The position numbers were made by a program, and so were the translations under genes. A model generated the notes under the pieces. The model was not told the DNA's origin. It searched no databases and worked only from the letters and a program-made list of their open reading frames with translations. A stretch of 34,082 nt of DNA from Fidelibacterota bacterium (GTDB taxonomy: Bacteria; Fidelibacterota; Marinisomatia; SCGC-AAA003-L08; D37C17), in the NCBI GenBank assembly GCA_018671635.1, contig JABHHG010000152.1:1-34082 (forward strand). The letters run 5' to 3'. Below, piece by piece: positions 19,172 to 26,751 of this stretch. Position 1 is the stretch's first letter; the number at the start of each line of letters is the position of its first letter.

Positions 19172-19834
19172 GTGGGAAAAACAGCATTATTGATAGGTAG
19201 TAGTGGCTTAGTTGGCAGCCATTGTCTCGATTATTTGTTAGCTGATGAGTATTATTCCCACGTGGAAATATTGGTGAGACGACCGCTTGCAGTAGAACAT
19301 CCAAAATTAATTCAGCATGAACTAAATTTTGAGCAGTTGAATGAGGAAGTCTCAAAAATTAAAGTAAATGATGTCTATTGTTGTTTGGGTACAACCATCA
19401 AAATAGCTGGCTCCCAAGAAGCGTTTAGAGCCGTTGACTTTACCTATCCTGTCGAAATTGCTAAACTCTGCCGAGCAAATGGGGCAGATCAATTTCTGCT
19501 GGTTACTGCATTGGGGGCAAATTCAAATTCATCCATATTTTATAATCGTGTGAAAGGTGAAGTTGAAGCATCAATCTCCAAACTTGATTTCAAATCAATT
19601 TACATATTCCAACCTTCATTGTTATTGGGTAAAAGGCCTAATAGGCGTTTAGGTGAAGAAATTGGACAAAGTATTTCCAAATGGTTATCTTTTGTATTTA
19701 AAGGTCCCATAAATAAATACAAACCCATTGAAGCAAAAGCCGTGGCATTTGCCATGATACAGAGCGCCAAGACACAACTTCAGGGAACTCAAATTATTGA
19801 ATCCAGTCAAATTCAAGCTATTTATACAACCTAG
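19172..19834 (+). CDS. NAD(P)H-binding atypical SDR (HTATIP2/YraR-like oxidoreductase)
   Basis: GTG start. Rossmann motif LLIGSSGLVGSHCL, with CCLGTT and YNRVKGE segments typical of this family. Confidence 0.75.
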   Translation: MGKTALLIGSSGLVGSHCLDYLLADEYYSHVEILVRRPLAVEHPKLIQHELNFEQLNEEVSKIKVNDVYCCLGTTIKIAGSQEAFRAVDFTYPVEIAKLCRANGADQFLLVTALGANSNSSIFYNRVKGEVEASISKLDFKSIYIFQPSLLLGKRPNRRLGEEIGQSISKWLSFVFKGPINKYKPIEAKAVAFAMIQSAKTQLQGTQIIESSQIQAIYTT

Positions 19835-19879
19835 TAGTTAGCATAGCTCATTCACTAGATCCGTTTAATTACCTCCTAA

Positions 19880-20242
19880 TTAAACTTTTGTATGCCAATA
19901 CGCAATTAGAATGAAAATGACTTGAAATGGTAATCTTCCCCAGGCAATTGCTGAAGATGTATTTAGTGCTTCACCATTCGTCTGAGCTAAATATATATTT
20001 GCAGGAAAAACAGCTATTAATAATAATATTAATCCCCAGCCTGCTATAAACCTTGTCTTGTCAAACAAGAGCAATATGCCTAAAATAATTTCGAATGCGC
20101 CACTTACATAGACGAGTTCTTTGTGTAAGGATAAATAAGGAGGCATAATTTTCATATACCATGCAGGATGTGTAAAATGTTTTATTCCAGCCAAGATATA
20201 AAAGAGGCTCATTACATAAATAGTAATTAGTTTAAATGACAT
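19880..20242 (-). CDS. DoxX-like family membrane protein
   Basis: 120 aa with four TM helices. N-terminal pattern (YILAGIKHFTHP..Y..IMPPYL) is typical of DoxX-like proteins. Confidence 0.65.
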   Translation of the reverse strand: MSFKLITIYVMSLFYILAGIKHFTHPAWYMKIMPPYLSLHKELVYVSGAFEIILGILLLFDKTRFIAGWGLILLLIAVFPANIYLAQTNGEALNTSSAIAWGRLPFQVIFILIAYWHTKV

Positions 20243-20362
20243 AGAAAATGATAATGCCCATTAATTCACCATGAAAGACTTTCCCCAGAGATATTCTTCT
20301 ATAGCCCCTAAATGACTACGTAATAATAGTTTTAAAAAAAATACTATTTATAAGCAAGTTTA

Positions 20363-20776
20363 CTATTGTGGGCTTTCAACTATAGTAAATGAATCAGAAT
20401 AAAATTTATCCTTTTTTATTTTTCCAGAAACATAGGCTACCTTAACAGCACTACACATTCCTTCTTCAGAATGAGGGTCACCATGTTCATGGAGACTACT
20501 TCCTTTAACTGGATATACTGTATCTCCAATCTTTATGGTTAAGCTACATCCTTTACTTCCTTTATACGCAAAATTACACATACCGCATGACGTAATAGCA
20601 AAACCTTCTATTTCCCCAGACTCAGGTATTGTAGTTAATAGCGAATTTGATTTTTTTAAAGTAGAATGTTTTACCTTGACTTGGCAAGATCCACAGCTAG
20701 CAAAAACAAAACTTGTTACAGAAATTAATATCATTAAAGATAATAATATATTTTTGTTATTTAAAGTACCCATCAT
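20363..20776 (-). CDS. secreted Cys-rich small protein (DUF6370-like by recollection), possible metal binding
   Basis: Signal peptide followed by CGSC...SCGMCNF..KGSKGCSL.IKIGD..Y.V.G...HEHGDPH..EGMC. Confidence 0.55.
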   Translation of the reverse strand: MMGTLNNKNILLSLMILISVTSFVFASCGSCQVKVKHSTLKKSNSLLTTIPESGEIEGFAITSCGMCNFAYKGSKGCSLTIKIGDTVYPVKGSSLHEHGDPHSEEGMCSAVKVAYVSGKIKKDKFYSDSFTIVESPQ

Positions 20777-20960
20777 TTAACTCCAATAATTAATTATGCT
20801 AATTTACAAATATAAATTGTCTATTAAAGAGGCTTTCTATTTTATTGTTGAAGAGAGAAAAAAGTAATTATTATTTATAAATTGTTAATTATTTGGTGAA
20901 AACAGGTATTGGGAGTTGGGAATTTGGAATTGTGGGAAAAGAAACAATTGGTTCTATACT

Positions 20961-20987
20961 AAAAAAGGCCCTCAAGATGAGAGCCTT
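20961..20987 (-). terminator. rho-independent terminator downstream of tRNA-Leu
   Basis: The minus strand reads AAGGCTCTCA-TCT-TGAGGGCCTT followed by TTTT: a 10-bp stem (one G-U pair), a 3-nt loop and a T-run. Confidence 0.7.
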
Positions 20988-20993
20988 TCAATG

Positions 20994-21075
20994 TGCCGCA
21001 AGAGGGGGTCGAACCCCCACGCCGTAAAGCACTGGTTCCTAAGACCAGCGTGTCTACCAATTCCACCATTGCGGC
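20994..21075 (-). tRNA. tRNA-Leu (anticodon UAG), type II with long variable arm, CCA not encoded
   Basis: Hand-folded. Acceptor GCCGCAA/TTGCGGC. D-arm GTGGAATTGGTAGACAC. Anticodon stem CTGGT/ACCAG with loop CTTAGGA. T-arm GGGGG-TTCGACC-CCCTC. Discriminator A. Confidence 0.9.
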
Positions 21076-21095
21076 AGGGTGGTAAATTTATATAA

Positions 21096-21809
21096 TTATG
21101 ATGTTTGGGACAAAGCCCGAATATGATTTTTCAACATTAAAGATTGAACAAAAACAGTGGTTGATAATCCCAGTACCGTAATCTTTTGCCATATTACATG
21201 AATCACCAAACCATTCCCCTCTTTTATAGGGGGACCCCAATTCAATAAATAGATATAATAACAGAGAATTGTCATAAAAACTGTATATATCCATACTGAC
21301 TTTTTACTCAATCCCACTTCATTTTTCATGATGGCCACAGAATGAAGTAACATGACCACTAAAAATAGTTGGAATCCAAATCTTACCACAAACATGTGGG
21401 CATCAGGATAATAATTATGAGGCGTAAATCCAACGCCCATAAATGCCAGTCCGCATAAAATACCGGCTAATGAGCCTACTTGTGACAAAATTTTACTTAA
21501 TTTACTTTTGTTTACAATGGCCGGCATGACTAAAAAGTACGCAATGAGCCCAGCACATACTAAGGTAGTTCCCATAACGAATAAGGTGGATGATAAAAAA
21601 TTCTGTGCTCCAGAATAAGTAATGGTTCTACCCAAATCACTAAGAAAATTATGAGTAATGCTATACCCTACTGTAGTATCATCACGATGGGTTGAACCGG
21701 GGTAACAATAGACGGCTAACAATAATACCACAATAAACGCGTAATAGGCAGTCAATGCAATATTGATCAATTGCTTTATGGTTGTGGATGTAAAACTCCA
21801 ACTGAACAT
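21096..21809 (-). CDS. integral membrane protein (about 6-7 TM, DUF998-like)
   Basis: 237-aa hydrophobic ORF with an FLSDLG motif. Last gene of the exoprotein operon. Confidence 0.6.
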   Translation of the reverse strand: MFSWSFTSTTIKQLINIALTAYYAFIVVLLLAVYCYPGSTHRDDTTVGYSITHNFLSDLGRTITYSGAQNFLSSTLFVMGTTLVCAGLIAYFLVMPAIVNKSKLSKILSQVGSLAGILCGLAFMGVGFTPHNYYPDAHMFVVRFGFQLFLVVMLLHSVAIMKNEVGLSKKSVWIYTVFMTILCYYIYLLNWGPPIKEGNGLVIHVIWQKITVLGLSTTVFVQSLMLKNHIRALSQTS

Positions 21810-21834
21810 TTAATTTACCTTCTATAAAATATGA

Positions 21835-23352
21835 TTAATTTTCAGCCAAAATTACATTTAGTAACTGCACCACATCCAGAACATTCAACTGGCCATCACT
21901 ATTTAAATCACCATTGTAAAACTGATTATCATCTGGAAATTGTTGTTGTAATACAAATTGAACCAAGATGACCACATCCAAAACATTGATTTCATCGTCA
22001 TTATTTACATCTCCATTGGGGAGGCTGGACGATTCAAATGTATAGAATGGATTTACCACATTGGGATTCCCTGAATATCCTGAAGTGACCAATAAAAATT
22101 GAGACCCATTTGACGGTGGTGAAATCTGAAAAGAAGTCTCCTCGTTCTCAATTATTAAAGGGATGGATGATTCTAATGTATCTCCAGTAATAGTAAGGAC
22201 GTTAGTGGTGAACACAATCGGATTCGGTGTAAAAATATTCAAAGTGGTATCCACAGATGGTAACTCCAAAATATATGTAGAGCCCCACTCTGTTCGGATG
22301 TTCAAAATTTCGTCTGTGAGGGGTGTGGTGGTAGATGTACAATATTGATTAGCCTCCTCAAAATATCGATTTGGCATGGCTCTCCCCCCTGTAAAATATC
22401 GCCAAATTCCATATTCAGTATAAGCCTCAGAAAGAGTAACATCTACATTTTCTAAACCCTCAACGGCATCACTATATACTCGAAACATATCTACACCTTC
22501 TGTGGTAGCAGTAAGTCCATAATCATCCCACAAGGTTTTTATAATTGATGAATCGCCATAAGCCTCCACCAAAAACTTTAACCAAAGTGCGCCTCGATAT
22601 TGATACAAATCCGCACCTGAATTTAAATCATAATCAGGATAAGTAAGTGGTGTGGTCACATTGCAATTACCCAACATAGTCTGAAGGTGAACGGCGTTGG
22701 GGTACACTACATTTTCAATATATGATGCAGACTCTTCAAAAAACCACGCATTATATGAATATTCCCCAACTGAGCCTGTAGTAGATACGGCATAGGCTAT
22801 TTGAATAGCATGATGCAACTCATGAGCGATGGCATAATATCCCCATGAAGGATAATTCTCATGCATATTCGCCATTGTGGATAAAAATATGTAACTTGTT
22901 CTCCCTGCGGTATAAGGCTCAATATTATGGATTCTATCCGGAATTGCAAATCCGGGACCATGCGGGGTAAGATAAATGTCATAGCGAGAATCCCCTCCAA
23001 AATTTATACAGTGATTTGCATCTAACTCATCCGTAATTGATTCATCGCAATCGGGGGGAGGTAAAGTCCAGCCTCTTTGTTGCAATATGATGGCTGAGTA
23101 TTCAAATTCAATTAGTACCGATTCAGCATAAGTTACATTCGTTTGGGGATTCAACCACTCACCCTGATGATTAATTGAGTCATCTTCAGCAATCGTAAAA
23201 TGGACTCTAAAATGTGTGCTGTCAATAACCTCATGTTGTGAAAATATAACCCGATTATAATCACGAGTATTCTCTAATATACATGATAATGGCAATCTCT
23301 CAGCCTGAATGAACTGTGCTGAAATCAAGATAATTATTGCTATTCTATACAT
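21835..23352 (-). CDS. secreted putative zinc metalloprotease (HExxH) with a C-terminal double dockerin-like repeat
   Basis: Signal peptide present. AIAHELHHAIQ contains HExxH. C-terminal DVNNDDEINVLDVV and DLNSDGQLNVLDVV repeats. ATG 23352 overlaps the upstream TGA stop (TGATG); the ORF-track start is GTG 23355. Confidence 0.8.
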   Translation of the reverse strand: MYRIAIIILISAQFIQAERLPLSCILENTRDYNRVIFSQHEVIDSTHFRVHFTIAEDDSINHQGEWLNPQTNVTYAESVLIEFEYSAIILQQRGWTLPPPDCDESITDELDANHCINFGGDSRYDIYLTPHGPGFAIPDRIHNIEPYTAGRTSYIFLSTMANMHENYPSWGYYAIAHELHHAIQIAYAVSTTGSVGEYSYNAWFFEESASYIENVVYPNAVHLQTMLGNCNVTTPLTYPDYDLNSGADLYQYRGALWLKFLVEAYGDSSIIKTLWDDYGLTATTEGVDMFRVYSDAVEGLENVDVTLSEAYTEYGIWRYFTGGRAMPNRYFEEANQYCTSTTTPLTDEILNIRTEWGSTYILELPSVDTTLNIFTPNPIVFTTNVLTITGDTLESSIPLIIENEETSFQISPPSNGSQFLLVTSGYSGNPNVVNPFYTFESSSLPNGDVNNDDEINVLDVVILVQFVLQQQFPDDNQFYNGDLNSDGQLNVLDVVQLLNVILAEN

Positions 23353-23885
23353 CACGTCCCTAAAATTAAATTTACTAATTGAACAATATCTAACACGTTT
23401 AAAATTTCATCTCCATACAAATCACTGGCATAAAATTCACACTCATCGGGGATGCTACTCCCCAATATATAATTCATTAAATTTACAATATCCAATACAT
23501 TGGTAACCGTGTCGTGGTTCACATCACCTACAGAATAATCCGTACAACTCCCAGATGTCAACTCATCCAAGACAGAATGCATCCACTCTGTATCAATTTC
23601 ATTATTGGCATATTTGAGGATACCCGATTGGTCTACAATAAAATCTCGTGGATAGGGTGAGCCATCATTAGGAAGGTAATAGTCTTGATATGTATCACCA
23701 CCTTGTACTCCACCCGAACTTCCTGGGTCAAATAAAATGGGAAATGTAAGGCTATTCTCCTCTACAAAATCATTAATTTGGTTTTGGTTGGATGTATTAA
23801 TTATGCCTAACACAATCACTTCATCCTGTGGATAAGACTGCCAAATAGTGGTTTCCATGTCCGATAACTCCGGACTACAAACGGG
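23352..23885 (-). CDS. 3' segment of the composite gene: remainder of a TlpA/redoxin-like thioredoxin fold plus a double dockerin-like repeat
   Basis: Same frame as ORF 23886..25106: nine sense codons (PVCSPELSD) link the TGA to the ORF-track Met at 23858. VIVLGII...TFPILFDPG...PRDFIVDQSGILKY is redoxin-like. DVNHDTVTNVLDIV and DLYGDEILNVLDIV are dockerin repeats. Confidence 0.75.
   Translation of the reverse strand, partial: PVCSPELSDMETTIWQSYPQDEVIVLGIINTSNQNQINDFVEENSLTFPILFDPGSSGGVQGGDTYQDYYLPNDGSPYPRDFIVDQSGILKYANNEIDTEWMHSVLDELTSGSCTDYSVGDVNHDTVTNVLDIVNLMNYILGSSIPDECEFYASDLYGDEILNVLDIVQLVNLILGT
23851..23882 (-). promoter_or_regulatory. SECIS-like stem-loop immediately 3' of the in-frame UGA
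   Basis: The mRNA reads UGA CCC GUUU GUA GUCCG GAGUUAU CGGAC AUGG AAAC. Lower stem GUUU/AAAC, internal loop, upper stem GUCCG/CGGAC. The 7-nt apical loop starts with G, 16 nt after the UGA. Confidence 0.45.
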
Positions 23886-23888
23886 TCA
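23886..23888 (-). other. in-frame TGA at the position of the first Cys of the redoxin CxxC motif: candidate selenocysteine codon (alternatively a nonsense mutation)
   Basis: GKIIVIAFFAPN-TGA-PVC aligns with the TlpA-type GKvvvlnFWAtW-C-pPC. Confidence 0.5.
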
Positions 23889-25106
23889 GTTTGGTGCAAA
23901 AAAGGCAATAACGATAATTTTGCCGAGTTCATCAGAAAGGCTGAACGAGCCGGTTCCATTGGCTACATAATCTAATTCAAAGTCAATGGCAAGCTCACCA
24001 ATATTGGCACCATCTATATTGCCGTTAGTCTCACACATAACCAATGGCTCGTCTGCATCATTGGTATAAATTCGATATACCCCCGCAGAATTGAGTGAAC
24101 TTGCATAATAAATAATCTCTACTATTTGACTCTCACCTGGTTGAAGTTGGCTTAGTTCATTTACAATTTCAAAATGGGGGTTGGTCGTATAATCATCCTC
24201 AATAATCAAAATAGAGCCACCATTATTTATAACTTCAAGAGATAATGAATATGAATCCCCATCATTCACAAAGGGATAGTTTAGCTCGAGAGTATTCAGG
24301 TCAATATCTGCACTCGCAATTTCACCAAACTCAAATGCTTGAACCGATGCCCATTCAGCTGAATAAATAAAATTATCTTTGGAGGCAATGGCCATAGTAC
24401 GGTTACCCGTATTTTTGTACCCTACCCAATTCAGATTTGAACCATCCCATTCTAAAACATCCACATTATCCCAATCAGAAACCGCTAATTTACCATCAAA
24501 TGGTGAAATTCGATTGGCCATCGTATTAGTGTCAAAATTATCTAAAAAAATAGGCAATTCAGAATTTGATAAATCATAAATATTCACGCCATCAGAACCA
24601 ATGGCCACATACATGTATGAGTCAATTATGGCAATATCTTTTACAGAATTTGAGGTTTCAACCATATTAAGATAAGTGGGATTTTCAGTATTACTCACAT
24701 CATAAATTTTTATATTTAGGTCATCTGCAATATAGGCATATCCATTTTGGAGGCGAACTCCCCAGGCATTTTCAGAAGGAATAGTAGATAGTAAATCTAG
24801 ATTATTGGGGTTGGAAATATCGAAGAGGAGTACCCCATCTTCATGGGCGGCAACCGCAAGAAAGTTTCCATCAGCATCTAAATTTTCTAGAATAAGTCCG
24901 TTGGTACCATTCACACTCCCCAAATTCTGTGGATTTGAAGGATTAGAAATATTGACCACGTATAGTCCATTTGAAGCGGTGAAGTAAGCATAATCATTGA
25001 TGGCTTCAACACAATTGGCTTTTGTGCCTTGGCCCAATGTGAAATGGTCTAAATGTACAAGTGAGCCATTTCCAGAAATATCATAAAACTCAATACCCTG
25101 AACCAT
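23886..25106 (-). CDS. 5' main segment of the composite gene: LVIVD-repeat beta-propeller plus an Ig-like module, entering a redoxin domain
   Basis: At least four LVIVD-type repeats (e.g. DYAYFTASNGLYVVNISNPSNP, GVLLFDISNPNN, GYAYIADDLNIKIYDVSNTENP, SYMYVAIGSDGVNIYDLSN). This ORF has no signal peptide of its own. Confidence 0.8.
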   Translation of the reverse strand: MVQGIEFYDISGNGSLVHLDHFTLGQGTKANCVEAINDYAYFTASNGLYVVNISNPSNPQNLGSVNGTNGLILENLDADGNFLAVAAHEDGVLLFDISNPNNLDLLSTIPSENAWGVRLQNGYAYIADDLNIKIYDVSNTENPTYLNMVETSNSVKDIAIIDSYMYVAIGSDGVNIYDLSNSELPIFLDNFDTNTMANRISPFDGKLAVSDWDNVDVLEWDGSNLNWVGYKNTGNRTMAIASKDNFIYSAEWASVQAFEFGEIASADIDLNTLELNYPFVNDGDSYSLSLEVINNGGSILIIEDDYTTNPHFEIVNELSQLQPGESQIVEIIYYASSLNSAGVYRIYTNDADEPLVMCETNGNIDGANIGELAIDFELDYVANGTGSFSLSDELGKIIVIAFFAPN

Positions 25107-25112
25107 GGCCGA

Positions 25113-25140
25113 AATGATTAGCGTATAATGATTAGCGTAT
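25113..25140. repeat. perfect 14-bp tandem duplication (AATGATTAGCGTAT x2) causing a frameshift
   Basis: Read directly: 25113-25126 equals 25127-25140. Removing one copy joins the 25264-start ORF in frame to MVQGIEFYD. Confidence 0.9.
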
Positions 25141-25264
25141 TGTCATAAACTTCCGCATCCAAAATATGATTGGCTTGGGGGTCATGGTAATCCGTTAATG
25201 ATAAATTCAGGGAAAAAACAACTGAACCCAACAAACCAACAATATATCCTCTTGATAACTCCAT
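25118..25264 (-). pseudogene. detached N-terminal fragment (signal peptide plus the start of the first propeller repeat) of the LVIVD/redoxin/dockerin gene
   Basis: The ORF reads MELSRGYIVGLLGSVVFSLNLSLTDYHDPQANHILDAEVYDNTLIIIR*, with AAGAGGA SD 9 nt upstream. It ends inside the 14-bp duplication. Confidence 0.6.
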
Positions 25265-25268
25265 CTTC

Positions 25269-25529
25269 TCATCCTCTTACGAACCTGAATTTAACCCTTT
25301 TTTTGCCTAATCCAAAATGATTAGCATATCGGTATTTCAGCATCTTTTTTTCTTTTTTATTGAGAGAGTGATGGTGGTGGATTACAACCAATGCAACATC
25401 ATATTGCCATTGTAAATCGGCCCGAACGGACTTTTCTTTTATAATGATTTCAGAGTTATGACCGTGATGATGGTAATGGACTGCGCATCCTGAAAAAAGA
25501 ATGGCAGTGATTAAAATATATAACTTCAA
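25269..25529 (-). CDS. small His-rich putative lipoprotein
   Basis: 86 aa, TTG start after AAGGAGG. Lipobox-like LFSGC. HYHHHGHN and HHHH tracts. Basic C-terminus. The next gene's ATG lies 5 nt downstream. Confidence 0.5.
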   Translation of the reverse strand: MKLYILITAILFSGCAVHYHHHGHNSEIIIKEKSVRADLQWQYDVALVVIHHHHSLNKKEKKMLKYRYANHFGLGKKRVKFRFVRG

Positions 25530-25532
25530 AAC

Positions 25533-25569
25533 AACCTCCTTATTTTTAGATATGACCTGAATGGAGGTT
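25533..25569 (-). promoter_or_regulatory. 7-bp perfect inverted repeat pairing an anti-SD (AACCTCC) with the SD (GGAGGTT) of the His-rich lipoprotein gene
   Basis: 25533-25539 is the reverse complement of 25563-25569, with a 23-nt loop. On the mRNA the 3' arm is the ribosome-binding site and is followed by GUUUUG. Confidence 0.3.
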
Positions 25570-25582
25570 AAATGTTAACTAT

Positions 25583-26428
25583 TTATTTTAGTCCGATTTC
25601 TTGGAGACGCTCAAAAAGGTAGGTCCCTGCAGTATGTTCCATTGACAAAACCACATCATCCTTAGGATGTAAAAATAGAGGCATGGACATTCGCGCCACA
25701 TTTGATTTGTCACCTTCGGGATTTATCACACGATGGGTTGTAGAGGGAAAATAATTATTGGAGCACATTTGCAACATATCCCCAGTATTCACCGCAATAC
25801 TTCCAGGGTCACATTGAATATCATGCCAGTTTCCATCCACATCTTGGGCCTGCAATCCTGACTCTGTGCCAGCACATAAAACGGTGATAAGATTGATATC
25901 CTCATGAGCGGCCGCCCGAACCGCATTGGGTTTTTCACTCCCAGAAATGGCGGGGTAATTGATAATACGCAATAAATTTTGAGGGCTATCTTCTATCATT
26001 TTTTCTAATGGTATAGAAAAATTTGATGAAATTTCTATGGGGACTTCTTTCTCAATCCATTTTAGTAACTGACAGGCTAAATCAACTAATTGACTATATA
26101 ATTTTCGCGTCTTCGTTTCTAATAATTCTGGGCACCTCCCCCATGGGTAAATATGAAAAAACTCCTTTAAATCTTTCTCATCACTCCCTTTTGCGTTCTC
26201 ACTTTTAAAAGGAAAATATCCATCTTGTTTTACGTTATGAAATAGATAATTATGTTTTTGAGTTGAAATAAAAAAATTACTCCACATTGAATACACCTCA
26301 TTCACAAGATTCATATCAATGGGATGTTCATGTAATACTGCAAACCCCGTTTGTTGGAGGGATTTCACAAAGTGATGAGACGCATCAGATGATTGTAAAT
26401 CTACTGAACGAACATGGAGAGAATCCAT
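25583..26428 (-). CDS. 2-oxoglutarate/Fe(II)-dependent oxygenase (isopenicillin-N-synthase-like family)
   Basis: HxD...H facial triad context (AAAHEDINLITVL ... STTHRV). N-terminal non-haem dioxygenase domain. Confidence 0.85.
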   Translation of the reverse strand: MDSLHVRSVDLQSSDASHHFVKSLQQTGFAVLHEHPIDMNLVNEVYSMWSNFFISTQKHNYLFHNVKQDGYFPFKSENAKGSDEKDLKEFFHIYPWGRCPELLETKTRKLYSQLVDLACQLLKWIEKEVPIEISSNFSIPLEKMIEDSPQNLLRIINYPAISGSEKPNAVRAAAHEDINLITVLCAGTESGLQAQDVDGNWHDIQCDPGSIAVNTGDMLQMCSNNYFPSTTHRVINPEGDKSNVARMSMPLFLHPKDDVVLSMEHTAGTYLFERLQEIGLK

Positions 26429-26434
26429 TATTGC

Positions 26435-26620
26435 TTATGAAAGTTCGTTAGAGAATTTATTATCGTAGATATCTAAAACTTCACGTGATAAATAGGGTGG
26501 ATATTGACCGTTTCGTCGTGCTTTGATTTGATCACAAACTTTGTAAAAGTCAGTTTCTGTCTTGGCTTTATTTAACTTTGTAGTCTCTTCATCAGTTAGT
26601 TTCATTGGTTCTTGTGACAT
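26435..26620 (-). CDS. small hypothetical protein
   Basis: 61-aa hydrophilic ORF, 7 nt upstream of the oxygenase gene. No recognisable motif. Confidence 0.4.
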   Translation of the reverse strand: MSQEPMKLTDEETTKLNKAKTETDFYKVCDQIKARRNGQYPPYLSREVLDIYDNKFSNELS

Positions 26621-26751
26621 GGAATCTATCTCCTAAATTAGCTTATAATTTACACGTCTTTCATATTTGAAAAATAGTGATATGATGTGAAAAGTTATTA
26701 ATTCCACCTCCATGATTGTCTTAAATTATCATACATTTAAAGGATGTAATT

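Noticed and set aside
19101-19355. 84-aa minus-strand ORF overlapping the start of the NAD(P)-binding gene
   Set aside because: It lies antisense to a Rossmann-motif gene and runs into the tetR promoter region. It has no SD and no recognisable features.
20905-20945. Reiterated TTGGGA/TTGGA units (GGGAGTTGGGAATTTGGAATTGTGGGA), considered as a G-quadruplex or a mini repeat array
   Set aside because: It has only three GGG runs and one GG run, irregular spacing and no spacer structure. It is more likely chance or part of the promoter region of the Cys-rich protein gene.
23886-23888. Alternative genetic code (TGA read as Trp or Gly) as the explanation for the in-frame TGA
   Set aside because: TGA terminates well-defined genes here: sufE at 28856, the TetR gene at 18423, the CxxC protein at 9351, and this gene itself at 23352. 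The TGA aligns with Cys of the CxxC motif, not with the preceding Trp position.
20961-25529. tRNA-Leu-adjacent genomic island or prophage remnant
   Set aside because: I found no integrase, transposase or phage genes, and no direct repeat of the tRNA 3' end. The neighbouring genes look like ordinary chromosomal exoprotein genes.
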